A stretch of 62,619 bases of DNA from Nitrospinota bacterium (lineage in GTDB: Bacteria; UBA8248), in NCBI GenBank assembly GCA_030754595.1, contig JASLZZ010000017.1, positions 1 through 62,619 of the forward strand, in the 5' to 3' direction. Position numbers and translations under genes: made by a program. The notes below the pieces were generated by a model. The model searched no databases and had not been told where the DNA came from. It worked only from the letters and a program-made list of their open reading frames with translations. Of the stretch, positions 29,362 to 39,103 are shown piece by piece (within the stretch, counting starts at the first letter, position 1; the number at the start of each line of letters is the position of its first letter).

Positions 29362-30249
29362 TTATTTCAAATCTTTCACGCTGAGGATGGAGGAGGTCAG
29401 CGGCCTGGCCAAATAGACCATCCAGCGGCGCCGGCGGGCGAACTCCCGGGCCGCAGCCCGGGCGACGGCTTCACTCCGAAACATCCCCCAAAGGGCCGGG
29501 CCGCTTCCGCTCATCAGCGCCCTCCCCGCCCCCGCCGAGAGAAGGGCATCGCGGCACTCCCGCAGGAAGGGGCGCCTTTCGAAAACGACCTGCTCCAAAT
29601 CATTTCGGTAATCGGGGGAAGCCATCGGGCGATGCTTGATTCTAGATGGTCTTTTCTTTTTTTTCAAATAATTTCGCATCCAGCCGTAAACGCGGGGGGT
29701 GGGCAGTGAATAGGGGGGCTTGATCACCAATATCCATCCCGAGGCCAGCGGACTGCGGCGGGAGACCCGCTCCCCCCGGCCCCGGCACAGGGCCGCCGGC
29801 CCCGCCAGGAACAGCGGGACATCCGAGCCGATCCCCGCCGCTATCCCGGAGAGCGCCGAGGGCGCCATGCCCAGCTTCCAGAGGCGGTTGAGCCCCCACA
29901 AAACCGCCGCCGCGTTCCCACTCCCTCCTCCGAGACCCGCGCCAGCGGAAATTCGCTTCTCGAGGTGGATGGAGGCCCCCAGCGGGCCGCCTCCGGCGGC
30001 GGCCCTCAGCGCGGCAGCCGCCCGGTAGGCCAGGTTCTCCCGCCCCGAGGGAATCTCCGGGCGGTCGACGGTCACGCGGATGGCGCGAGCCGCCAGGCGA
30101 ATCCGTATCCGGTCGAAGAAGGTGATCTGCTGGACCCAGGTCTCCACCTCATGGAAACCGTCCGGGCGCAATCCGAGCACCCGCAAGCCGAGATTGATCT
30201 TCGCCGGAGATTTCAGCCGAATTTCGCCGCCGGAGGGCAAGCGGCTCAT
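29362..30249 (-). CDS. ispE: 4-(cytidine 5'-diphospho)-2-C-methyl-D-erythritol kinase
   Basis: SPAKINLGL, GAGLGGGSGNAA, GSDVP, MSGSG; ATG at 30249. Confidence 0.95.
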   Translation of the reverse strand: MSRLPSGGEIRLKSPAKINLGLRVLGLRPDGFHEVETWVQQITFFDRIRIRLAARAIRVTVDRPEIPSGRENLAYRAAAALRAAAGGGPLGASIHLEKRISAGAGLGGGSGNAAAVLWGLNRLWKLGMAPSALSGIAAGIGSDVPLFLAGPAALCRGRGERVSRRSPLASGWILVIKPPYSLPTPRVYGWMRNYLKKKKRPSRIKHRPMASPDYRNDLEQVVFERRPFLRECRDALLSAGAGRALMSGSGPALWGMFRSEAVARAAAREFARRRRWMVYLARPLTSSILSVKDLK

Positions 30250-31091
30250 CGCCCCACACCTGGAAACAGCGGAATCACCCTGGCCCCGGGCGGGATTGGA
30301 AGCTCGAACAATTCCGGCGAAATCGCCTTCTCGGGGCGCGCCGATTTTTCGGTCATGTGAACCCGGAGGCGGCGCCCGCGCCGGCGATCCCTCAACTCCG
30401 CCCAAGAGGGCCGCCTTCCGCCCTCATGACTTGTAAACGGGCCGTAGCGCACTTCGATGGCCGCCCCTGCCTCGCCGATGAGGACCCATCGGGGTTCCAG
30501 GCTCCCGGGCTCGAGAAACGCCGCCTGCCTGCGGCCGAGACCGGCTCCGGGCGGCAGATCGAGACGAATCAGCTTCGCCTCCTCGTCCCACCGGGTGCGG
30601 GCGGCGCCCGGCGCCTCCCGGTTCACCGCCGGCAACTCCCCACCGAGGATCCGCACCATCAACCGGGGCGATACCGGGAGTCCCAGCCATTTCGCCATGG
30701 TCTCGGTGTCAGCCGGCCCGGTGTAATAGACTCCCCGGGAGATGGAGAGGGCGGTGAGATTTCCCCGCCCGGCCGCGACGACGAACACCGGCGAGCCAAA
30801 CGGGGAGAGAAACTCCATCCTCAGCGAGGCGGGCCGCCGCCACAGGAGCACCGCCTTGCCGACGTAGCTCTCCCCCGCCTCGGTCAATACGTCCCGAAGG
30901 GGAGACATGACACCTTCATCGCCCGAGGCGTCCGCTTCGACCAATACGATGGACTTGAACGATTCGGGAAATTTCCGGGACTCGAGGCGCGAGAGGATCG
31001 CCGCCGTCCCGGGAATCGAAGCGGAGCGAACATCCGCCCCGAGGGCGCAACCCGCCAGGAGAAGAAGGGAAGCCGCCGCCAGTGCTTTCAT
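30246..31091 (-). CDS. Lipoprotein at the lolB position, possible LolA/LolB fold
   Basis: Lipobox LLLAGC; LRMEFLSPFG strand; lies between the TPR gene and ispE. Confidence 0.6.
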   Translation of the reverse strand: MKALAAASLLLLAGCALGADVRSASIPGTAAILSRLESRKFPESFKSIVLVEADASGDEGVMSPLRDVLTEAGESYVGKAVLLWRRPASLRMEFLSPFGSPVFVVAAGRGNLTALSISRGVYYTGPADTETMAKWLGLPVSPRLMVRILGGELPAVNREAPGAARTRWDEEAKLIRLDLPPGAGLGRRQAAFLEPGSLEPRWVLIGEAGAAIEVRYGPFTSHEGGRRPSWAELRDRRRGRRLRVHMTEKSARPEKAISPELFELPIPPGARVIPLFPGVGR

Positions 31092-31106
31092 GAGAGTCAA
31101 TGGGGC

Positions 31107-32837
31107 CTACAAATTTTTCGGCGGCGCCTCTATGCTCCCGCCGTTCTTGATGATTTTTTCGAACACTTTCTTGTTCTTGGGATCGATCTTGTAGGATTTC
31201 TTCCAGTAGAAGAGCGCCTTGGGAATATTGTTCATCGCCTTATATACGTCCGCGAGATGATCGAGAATCACGGCGTCGTCCGGAATCTGGTTTATCGCAT
31301 GATGGATTTTCTTCAGCGCGAGGGTGTAGCGTCCCTGCCGGTAGTACACCCAACCCATGCTGTCGAGAAAGGCCCCGTTGTTCGGATCGATGGCCAGCGC
31401 CCGGCTCAACAACTGCTCGGCCTCGTCGATATCCCGGTCCAGCTCCGAGAACATGAACCCCAGCAGGTTCAGGGCATTGGCATGCTTGGGCTGAACCTTC
31501 AAAACGGCACGGATGGCGGCTTCCACATCCTTCCATTGATGCGTCTCATAGAAGGCGACGGCCAGATTGAAGCGGTAGTTCATCTGCTTGGGGTTCAGGC
31601 GAATGGCTGATTTATAGTGAGGGATAGCCTCTTTGTAGCGTTTCTGACGCGCCAGAAACACCCCCCGGATGAACGCCAGGCGGTCGCTCTTGGCGTTTTT
31701 ATTGGTCGCCCTGTCGAGAACGGAATAGACCGACTTCCAATCTTTTTTCTTTCCGTAGAGACGCGCCAGCTGAATAAAAGCTTCGAGGGCCTTTGAGTCC
31801 TGCTCGAGGATTTTCTTAAGTTCCTCCTCGGCCCGCGTCAGCTGGTTGAGTTCTTCGTAGACGGCGGCCACATACCGGCGCACAACCGCATCTTTGGGTC
31901 TTCGGCCGAGGACAAACTGGAATTCGCGGAGAGCGCGCTGGAAGTTCCGCCGGTCGTAGTGGAGAAAACCCAGCGTCCGGTGGACTACCAGGTTGTCCGG
32001 CTCGTCCTTGATGAGGCTTTCGTATTCCTTGAGCGCTTCCTTGAGGTTGTCCTTCCGGATATACACCTGACCCAGCCGGGACCTTGCAAACCGGTGTTTC
32101 GGCTCAAGGACCAGGATTTTTTTGTAGGCCTTCTCCGCCTCCCCGAAATTCTCCCGGCGCTCGTGAATTCGTGCGAGAAACAAAAGCGCCTGGGTGTGTT
32201 GCGGACGCCTTTTCAGAAGAAATCTCAAATCCCGCTCGGCCGGATCGTATTTTTTAAGTTGAAAATTGGCCTGGGCCCTGTAGAGGCGGCCCAGGATATA
32301 CCCCGGATTCGAATTGATCAGGTAATCGAAGGCTTGAACCGATTCCTTGTACCGCTTCAGTTCGATATAGGCGGTGCCGAGAAGCAGGCGCGCCTCGCGT
32401 TCATTCGGGTTGATTCTCAAGAGCCGCTCATAGGCGGTCACCGCGCCCGAAAGGTTCCTCCGGGCCGTGTTAATGCCTCCCAGAAGGAAATACGCATGGG
32501 TGTTCGCCGGGTCGATAGAGACCGCCCGGCGGACAAGTTTTTCCGCTCTGTTGAGCTTTCCCTGGCGAATCAGAATGGATGCATAGCGCGTAAGGAGATC
32601 AGGCGAATTGGGGCTTTTCTCCATCGCCCGGGAATAAATCTTCCCTGCCTCGTCGAGTTTTCCGGATAACTCCTTCAAATACCCGTCGATATAATGATAG
32701 TAAGATTCCGCGGTCCCGGAGCCAGTTTCGAGAAGAGGCGCCGCCTTGAGCTTTACCTCGGGACTGGCGACGACGCACCCCGACACCGCCGATCCGAGAA
32801 CAATAATCCAAAAAAACCGCGATACAGCTGTTTTCAT
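31107..32837 (-). CDS. Multi-TPR lipoprotein
   Basis: Lipobox AVSGC, many TPR units, C-terminal ALNLLGF and FLDSMGWVYY motifs. Confidence 0.85.
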   Translation of the reverse strand: MKTAVSRFFWIIVLGSAVSGCVVASPEVKLKAAPLLETGSGTAESYYHYIDGYLKELSGKLDEAGKIYSRAMEKSPNSPDLLTRYASILIRQGKLNRAEKLVRRAVSIDPANTHAYFLLGGINTARRNLSGAVTAYERLLRINPNEREARLLLGTAYIELKRYKESVQAFDYLINSNPGYILGRLYRAQANFQLKKYDPAERDLRFLLKRRPQHTQALLFLARIHERRENFGEAEKAYKKILVLEPKHRFARSRLGQVYIRKDNLKEALKEYESLIKDEPDNLVVHRTLGFLHYDRRNFQRALREFQFVLGRRPKDAVVRRYVAAVYEELNQLTRAEEELKKILEQDSKALEAFIQLARLYGKKKDWKSVYSVLDRATNKNAKSDRLAFIRGVFLARQKRYKEAIPHYKSAIRLNPKQMNYRFNLAVAFYETHQWKDVEAAIRAVLKVQPKHANALNLLGFMFSELDRDIDEAEQLLSRALAIDPNNGAFLDSMGWVYYRQGRYTLALKKIHHAINQIPDDAVILDHLADVYKAMNNIPKALFYWKKSYKIDPKNKKVFEKIIKNGGSIEAPPKNL

Positions 32838-32839
32838 CC

Positions 32840-33400
32840 CTACTCCTCTTCTTCAGGATATATTTTTGGGCTCTCCTCCGAAGTCGGCTCGGAGGTCCGC
32901 TCCCTGACTCGCTCCATCAGGCGCTCGACGCGGTCCCGAAAATCAGTGTCCTCGAATCTCCCCGTCGCCCCCCGGACGGCGATTTCATCGTCCGAGGTGA
33001 TAGCCGCGTCCGGCGGCGGTTCCCTGTAAGCGTAGCCGTTATGAGCGCCGCAATCTATACCGGCCCCTTCACCTCTACCCTGGCCCGCCTCAAACCGGAT
33101 TTCCTCTATCTTTCCGCCCTCGAGAACCTCATTGAGCTTCGCCCGAATTTCCTCGCTCATCAAATGAAGCTCCTGCATCCATGCGGGATTGGAAACCTCG
33201 ACGCGGAGACGGCCGTTGCCCAACGAAACGGGCCGGGCCACCCTGGCCACGGCCTCCCCCACCGCTTCCTCCCAGATGCGAAAGACCAGATTTTCGGAGA
33301 GATGGCGGCCCCATTTCTCACTCCGGCGCAGCTCGGAGAAAACCCGCGAGATATCTCTCGGCTGGCGGCGCCCCGGCCGGCGCGCCCCGGCGGCGTTCAT
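32840..33400 (-). CDS. dciA: DUF721 / DciA family protein
   Basis: WEEAVGEAVA...LRVEVSNPAWMQEL...KLN...IEEIRF pattern. Confidence 0.75.
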   Translation of the reverse strand: MNAAGARRPGRRQPRDISRVFSELRRSEKWGRHLSENLVFRIWEEAVGEAVARVARPVSLGNGRLRVEVSNPAWMQELHLMSEEIRAKLNEVLEGGKIEEIRFEAGQGRGEGAGIDCGAHNGYAYREPPPDAAITSDDEIAVRGATGRFEDTDFRDRVERLMERVRERTSEPTSEESPKIYPEEEE

Positions 33401-34119
33401 CCTTTCGCGTCCTCCACTTTCGCCGGCGCCATTTTCGCCGGCGCCTCCGCGGCGCCGGCACTCTCCCCGAGAAGGGACGCGATTTCCTTCATCACTTTTT
33501 CGATAATCCGAACGCTCGATTCCCTGACGTTTTCGATTTCGAGCTCTTCGTCCAGCCTCAGTGGAGGCCCGAAGGTCACCTCGATATCCCCTCCCCGGCG
33601 GGGAATAATCTTCCCGACGGGCACCACCCGGTTGGTGCCCTTGATGGCGACGGGAATAACCGCCGGCCTCGCCGAGCGAATGAACTTCCCCACCATCCGA
33701 TTGCCCGGCCCCAGTTTTCCGTCCTGGCTGCGGGTCCCTTCGGGATAAATAATCACCTGATCGGCCCGGATGAAATTTTCAACGGTCCGAATCGCGCCGA
33801 TGTCGCCCTTGCCGCGCTTGATTGGAAAAGCGCGCAACTTGGTGAGCCACCACCCGATAAAGGGGACGCGGAGAAGCTCCTCCTTGGAAATTTGGCGGAG
33901 CATCGCCCGGGGATATTCCGAATAAATGACCCAGGGAATGATAAAAACATCGAGGGCCGAGATATGATTGGATAAATACAGCACCCCGCCGCCGGACGGG
34001 ATGTTTTCCTTTCCTGAGATCCGGACGCTGCCCACCCACCCGCAAAAGAGTCCCACTAGGTGAAAGGTCACAAAAATCATGAATCGCTCGACCCGGGGAC
34101 CGGGCCCACCCATCAACAT
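33397..34119 (-). CDS. plsC: 1-acyl-sn-glycerol-3-phosphate acyltransferase
   Basis: NHISALD and YPEGTRS motifs. Confidence 0.85.
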   Translation of the reverse strand: MLMGGPGPRVERFMIFVTFHLVGLFCGWVGSVRISGKENIPSGGGVLYLSNHISALDVFIIPWVIYSEYPRAMLRQISKEELLRVPFIGWWLTKLRAFPIKRGKGDIGAIRTVENFIRADQVIIYPEGTRSQDGKLGPGNRMVGKFIRSARPAVIPVAIKGTNRVVPVGKIIPRRGGDIEVTFGPPLRLDEELEIENVRESSVRIIEKVMKEIASLLGESAGAAEAPAKMAPAKVEDAKG

Positions 34120-34320
34120 ATCTCACCTCACCGGCCTGGTGGCTGCGCCTGAGCGGCCGCCGCGACCAATCCGCCCGCGCCGGCGGCCTCCGCCGCAGGG
34201 AAACCACATGCCGGGAGAACTTCCCGCCACGCAACCAACTACATTATACAACGCCATTCATTCGAAAATATATCCACACTTTTATTATTTTTTTTCAGCA
34301 CCGCCCTGTTTCGATTCGCC

Positions 34321-34349
34321 TTGCTCCCGGGCGAGGCGGGTGCCATAAT
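34321..34349 (+). promoter_or_regulatory. Putative sigma70 promoter of the PMM operon
   Basis: TTGCTC-17 nt-CATAAT with an extended TG. Confidence 0.5.
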
Positions 34350-34390
34350 TTAGCCGCCCCATCTGGGTAAACAATTCGTTACTCGCCTCC

Positions 34391-35788
34391 TTGCCACCGG
34401 AGCGGTTAGTGGTTTCGCTCAATCCGCAGATTTTCCGCGAATACGACATCCGAGGGATTGTCGACAAAGATCTGACCCCCGAGGGGATCCGCCTTCTAGG
34501 GCAAAGCCTCGGCACCCATCTGGGCGGAGCCCGGGGCGCCCGGATTGCCCTGAGCCGGGACAATCGCCTCTCCTCGCCCGGCTACTACGAAGCGCTCCGC
34601 GAGGGCCTTTGCGCGGCCGGCTGTCATGTCATCGGAATCGGGATGGGACCCACTCCCTGCCTTTCTTTCGCGACGCACCACCTCGATGTCTCCGGAGGCA
34701 TCCAGATCACCGGGAGCCACAATCCCCCCGAATTCAACGGCTTCAAGATTACCCGCGGCCACGAGGCCATTCACGGCGATGAGATTCAGGAAATTCGCCG
34801 AATCATCGACGGGGGCCGCCTGCACACGGCGACATCCCCGGGCGTCTTCGAGGAGGTGGAGGTCGAGACCGCCTATATCGAGCGCGTCGCGCGGGATCTG
34901 TCGCTTTCCAGGCCCGTCAAGGTGGTCCTCGACGCGGGAAACGGCGCCGGCGGGCCCATCGCGGCGCGAGCCCTCAGAGCCATCGGCGCCGAGGTGGACG
35001 AGCTCTTCTGCGAACCCGACGGCACCTATCCCAACCATCACCCGGACCCCACCATACCGGCCAACCTCGAGGTCCTCATCGCCCGCGTCAAGGAAACTGG
35101 CGCCGAGGCCGGCATCGCCCTCGACGGAGACGGCGACCGGATCGGAGCGGTCGATGCCACCGGGCGGATCATCTGGGGGGACGAACTCCTGATCCTCTAC
35201 GCCGGGCCCATCCTCGCCCGCCGGCCGGGCGAGGCCATCGTCTTCGACGTGAAATGCTCGAATCGTCTGGCCGAAGCGGTGGCGGCGATGGGCGGGCGGC
35301 CCGTCATGTCGCCCACCGGGCACTCTCTCGTCCGCGCTCGACTCGTCGAGGAGAAGGCGCCGCTGGGCGGCGAGTTGTCGGGACATATTTTCTTCGAGGA
35401 CGGCTACCTCGGCTACGACGATGCGATATTCTCGGCAGCCCGATTGGCTCACCTAGTTTCCTCGGGCGATGAGACTCTCGCCGAGCACATGGCCCGGATA
35501 CCCGCCTCCATATCGACGCCCGAACTCCGGATCGAAAGCACGGACGATGATAAATTCGAAATCGTCGAGTCCCTGCGCGCCCACTTCCGCGAGAAATACG
35601 AAACCAACGAGGTTGACGGCGTTCGCATCTACTTCGAGAGAGGCTGGGGCCTCGTCCGGGCATCGAACACCCAGCCCGTCATCGTCTGCCGCTTCGAGGC
35701 CGAGGACCAGGCCGCCCTCGAGGCCTACCGCGACGAGGTCTTTGCCCGGCTCGGGGAGTTTCCCTCGGTGAAGCTGCCCGATGCATAA
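34391..35788 (+). CDS. Phosphomannomutase/phosphoglucomutase (AlgC-like)
   Basis: FREYDIRG, TGSHNP, DGDGDR, GELSGH, RASNT; start may be the GTG at 34409. Confidence 0.92.
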   Translation: MPPERLVVSLNPQIFREYDIRGIVDKDLTPEGIRLLGQSLGTHLGGARGARIALSRDNRLSSPGYYEALREGLCAAGCHVIGIGMGPTPCLSFATHHLDVSGGIQITGSHNPPEFNGFKITRGHEAIHGDEIQEIRRIIDGGRLHTATSPGVFEEVEVETAYIERVARDLSLSRPVKVVLDAGNGAGGPIAARALRAIGAEVDELFCEPDGTYPNHHPDPTIPANLEVLIARVKETGAEAGIALDGDGDRIGAVDATGRIIWGDELLILYAGPILARRPGEAIVFDVKCSNRLAEAVAAMGGRPVMSPTGHSLVRARLVEEKAPLGGELSGHIFFEDGYLGYDDAIFSAARLAHLVSSGDETLAEHMARIPASISTPELRIESTDDDKFEIVESLRAHFREKYETNEVDGVRIYFERGWGLVRASNTQPVIVCRFEAEDQAALEAYRDEVFARLGEFPSVKLPDA

Positions 35789-36368
35789 AATTCGCCAGCT
35801 CTACGATTGGATACTCGACTGGGCGGACTCCCACTACGGAACCTCCGCCCTAGCGGCGCTCTCCTTCTCGGAGTCCTTCTTTTTTCCGGTGCCCCCGGAC
35901 CCGCTGCTCATGGCCCTCTCGCTCTCAAGACCCCGGCGCGCCTTCTTCTTCGCCGCCGTGTGCTCGGCGGCCTCCGTCGCCGGTGGCGTGGTGGGCTACT
36001 ACATCGGCCTCGCCCTCTTCGAGACGATCGGCCGGCCCGTTCTGATTTTCTACGGCGCGATGGATAAATACGATCTCGTTCAAATCTATTTTCGCGAATG
36101 GGGCTTCTGGTTTGTGGGGGTAGCGGGGTTCACCCCGATTCCCTACAAAGTGTTCACCATCTCGGCCGGCGCCTTCCGGATCAGCTTCCTCGTGTTCGTC
36201 CTCGCCTCGGTGCTCAGCCGCTCGGCGAGGTTTTTTCTCGTCGCCTGGTTGATCAGGAAATTCGGCGGGCCGATCCGCGGTTTCATCGACCGCTATTTCA
36301 ACATCCTGACGATCGTGTTCGCCGTCCTTCTCAGCGGCGGGTTCCTCGTCCTCAGGTGGGTGCGCTAG
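35781..36368 (+). CDS. YqaA/DedA (VTT domain) membrane protein
   Basis: SFSESFFFPVPPD and GFTPIPYK; co-located with uppP. Confidence 0.85.
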   Translation: MHKIRQLYDWILDWADSHYGTSALAALSFSESFFFPVPPDPLLMALSLSRPRRAFFFAAVCSAASVAGGVVGYYIGLALFETIGRPVLIFYGAMDKYDLVQIYFREWGFWFVGVAGFTPIPYKVFTISAGAFRISFLVFVLASVLSRSARFFLVAWLIRKFGGPIRGFIDRYFNILTIVFAVLLSGGFLVLRWVR

Positions 36369-36370
36369 CC

Positions 36371-37513
36371 ATGGCGAAAAACAAGCCTCAGCTCTGGGCG
36401 GTGATCATGGCCGGCGGCAGCGGCACGCGCTTTTGGCCCGAAAGCCGCTCTGGGCGGCCCAAGCAATTTCTGCCGCCGGGCGGCGGAGCGCCGGGCGGGA
36501 AAAAGGGAGGCAAGCCGGGCGCCAAACCGGGTGAAGACTCCCTGCTCGCGCAATCGGCGGCCCGGCTCGGTGGCCTCGTCGCGCCCGAGCGCATCCTCGT
36601 CATCGGCTCGGCCGCGCACCGCCGGCTGATTCACGAAACCCTCCCCGAGGTTCCCCGGCGAAATATCGTCCTCGAGCCCGAGGGGAGGAACACGGCCCCC
36701 TGCCTCGGCCTGGCCGCCCGGCTCATCGAGAACCGCGAGCCGGGAGCGGTGATGGCGGCCTTTCCGTCCGACCACCACATCGCCCGCCCGGCCACCCTCA
36801 GGCGGCTCGTCCGCGCCGCCGCCCGGCTCGCCGCGGACCGAGACGCCATCGTCACCCTCGGCCTCAAGCCATCGGGCCCCGAGACCGGCTACGGCTATAT
36901 CCAGCGGGGCGCGAAAATCCCGGATAAAACCGAGGCCTACGCCGTCCGCCGCTTCACCGAAAAACCGACCCTCGCCCGCGCCAGGCAATTCGTCTCCTCG
37001 GGGCGTTACTACTGGAACGGGGGCATATTCATCTGGCGCGCAGAGCGGGCCCTCCGCGAGATCGCACGCGGCCTTCCCGAGACCGCCCGCCATATCGAGC
37101 GGGCGGCGGCGGCGTTTAGAAAAGGAAAAACACGGGAATTCAACCGCGCCTTCAAGGCCTGCGAGTCGATCAGCATCGACTACGCGGTGATGGAGAGAGA
37201 GCGCGGCCTCATCGTCCTCCCCGCCGACATGGGATGGGACGACGTGGGCAGTTGGACCGCGCTCCGGCGTGTCCTCCCCCTCGACGGGGCGGGCAACGTA
37301 TGGATACTCCCCAAGGGGGGGAGTATCCTGGCCGAGGACGCGCGCGGGCTCATCGTCAGGTCCTCCAAACCCCTCGTCGCCGCTGTGGGAGTCGAGGACC
37401 TCATCGTCATCGAGTCCGAGGACGCCCTTCTCATCTGCCGCGCCGACCGGGCGCAGACGGTTGGCGATATCGTCGGGCGCCTCGGCAAGAAAGGACTCGG
37501 GCGCCACCTCTAG
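36371..37513 (+). CDS. Mannose-1-phosphate guanylyltransferase (no cupin domain)
   Basis: MAGGSGTRFWPES...PKQF, EPEGRNTAP, TGYGYI, SIDYAVME, WDDVGSW; ATG at 36371. Confidence 0.9.
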   Translation: MAKNKPQLWAVIMAGGSGTRFWPESRSGRPKQFLPPGGGAPGGKKGGKPGAKPGEDSLLAQSAARLGGLVAPERILVIGSAAHRRLIHETLPEVPRRNIVLEPEGRNTAPCLGLAARLIENREPGAVMAAFPSDHHIARPATLRRLVRAAARLAADRDAIVTLGLKPSGPETGYGYIQRGAKIPDKTEAYAVRRFTEKPTLARARQFVSSGRYYWNGGIFIWRAERALREIARGLPETARHIERAAAAFRKGKTREFNRAFKACESISIDYAVMERERGLIVLPADMGWDDVGSWTALRRVLPLDGAGNVWILPKGGSILAEDARGLIVRSSKPLVAAVGVEDLIVIESEDALLICRADRAQTVGDIVGRLGKKGLGRHL

Positions 37514-37528
37514 CCCCAGGGACCCGAC

Positions 37529-38335
37529 ATGACCGAAACCATCGGATGGGCGGAGGCGGCGCTGCTGGGCGTCCTCCAGGGGATGACGGAATTTCTCCCG
37601 GTCTCGAGTTCGGGCCACCTCGTCCTCGGACAGGCCGCCCTCGGCTTAGCCGAGCCCCAGGTCCTCTTCGATATTCTGGTCCACGTCGGCACCCTCGCCG
37701 CCGTTCTCTACTTCTACGGAAGGGACGCCCTTCGGATACTCCGCGCCTGGCTCCTCTCCCTCGCCGGAAAACCCGGCGACCGCGCCTCGGCCCATACGGG
37801 CTGGCTCATCCTCCTGGGGACGGTTCCGGCCGGAGTCGTCGGCGTCCTCCTAGAGGATTTCATCGAGGGCCTTTTCGCCAGCCCACGGATGACATCGCTC
37901 GCGCTCCTCGCGACCGGCGCCCTCCTTTTTTTCGGCAAATCGCCCACCGGCGACGGCCGGGGGGAGGCCGAGTTGACCTGGCGGGACGCCCTCGTCATCG
38001 GCGCCTTCCAGGCCCTCGCCATCGTCCCCGGCATCTCCCGGTCGGGCTCGACCATCACCTCGGCCCTCTTCCTCGGCATCGACCGCGAGACGGCCGCCCG
38101 CTTCAGCTTTCTGCTCTCGATTCCGGCCATCGGGGGCGCCTTACTTCTCAAGGCGAGACATTTCGCCGCCGTCTCACCGGCGGACATGGCCCCCTACATC
38201 GTCGGCACCCTCGCCGCCGCCGCCGCGGGCGTCTTTGCCCTCGGCTGGCTGCTCCGGGTGGTGCGGCGGGGAAATCTGAGAGGCTTCGCCTACTACTGCT
38301 GGGCGCTGGGGATCATGGGAATTTTGTTTTTCTAG
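37529..38335 (+). CDS. uppP: Undecaprenyl-diphosphatase
   Basis: QGMTEFLPVSSSGHL and PGISRSG. Confidence 0.95.
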   Translation: MTETIGWAEAALLGVLQGMTEFLPVSSSGHLVLGQAALGLAEPQVLFDILVHVGTLAAVLYFYGRDALRILRAWLLSLAGKPGDRASAHTGWLILLGTVPAGVVGVLLEDFIEGLFASPRMTSLALLATGALLFFGKSPTGDGRGEAELTWRDALVIGAFQALAIVPGISRSGSTITSALFLGIDRETAARFSFLLSIPAIGGALLLKARHFAAVSPADMAPYIVGTLAAAAAGVFALGWLLRVVRRGNLRGFAYYCWALGIMGILFF

Positions 38336-38349
38336 CCCGCTATAATCAC

Positions 38350-38397
38350 TCACCCAAAAAGCCCTCCCGGTGTTGACCGGGAGGGCTTTTTGGGTGA
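38350..38397. terminator. Bidirectional terminator between convergent genes
   Basis: TCACCCAAAAAGCCCTCCCGGT / ACCGGGAGGGCTTTTTGGGTGA perfect 22-bp inverted repeat. Confidence 0.85.
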
Positions 38398-38411
38398 TGG
38401 CTACCGGACAC

Positions 38412-39026
38412 CTACCGCATCAGCGAGTAGGGGCCCGGAACCCAGATTTCGGTATTCTGCGATTGAAAGAAGGGCCTCCCTCCCGGCGGCCAGTTGGGCA
38501 GCTCGCTGGCCTTCTTCCGCATCTCGGTGCGGTGGTTCATGTCCTTGTAGGCCCAGATGTGTATCCACTCGTTGAGCGGGCCCGACTCGCTCATGAACAC
38601 CGCGGAGACGGGCGAGAGCTCCTCGCGGGGCAGGAGATTCTGGGTCCATTTCTCCAGCACGTTGGGAATCTTTCCGGGCAAGAGCTGGTAGGTGCGGACC
38701 TCGTATATGCCCCCAAACTCACCGAGCCGGGGCTCGGGCCGAAAAGAGGGCGTCGTCACTATCTTGGTCGTCTGGCTCACCAGCAGATCGCCGATGGGCG
38801 GCGGCCACCAGTCGTAGCCGGACGCCTTGGCGCGAGTCTCGGCCCGCTGGGCGTGGTCCTCGTACTCCCAGATATGCATGATCTTGTTCAGGTCGCCGAC
38901 CTCGGTGTTGAAGATTCCGATCATGCGCGAGAGCTTTTGGCGCTCCTCGAAGGCCTCGTGGAATTTTTCATAATACTCCTTAACCGTTCCGGGCTTGATC
39001 TTATAGATGCGCAGCTCGTAAATCAT
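38412..39026 (-). CDS. NIPSNAP family protein (two tandem domains)
   Basis: IYELRIYKIKPG...HIWEY and IYEVRTYQLLPG...HIWAY; ATG at 39026. Confidence 0.88.
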   Translation of the reverse strand: MIYELRIYKIKPGTVKEYYEKFHEAFEERQKLSRMIGIFNTEVGDLNKIMHIWEYEDHAQRAETRAKASGYDWWPPPIGDLLVSQTTKIVTTPSFRPEPRLGEFGGIYEVRTYQLLPGKIPNVLEKWTQNLLPREELSPVSAVFMSESGPLNEWIHIWAYKDMNHRTEMRKKASELPNWPPGGRPFFQSQNTEIWVPGPYSLMR

Positions 39027-39103
39027 GGGAAATCTCCTCGCGTTCGATGATTCCGCCGACACGTAGCGGAGAAAAAAAATGTCAAATTATTCGCCCAGCC
39101 GAT

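Noticed and set aside
34270..34278. DnaA-box-like ATATCCACA in an AT-rich divergent promoter region
   Set aside because: A single mismatched box with no cluster and no dnaA nearby; not oriC.
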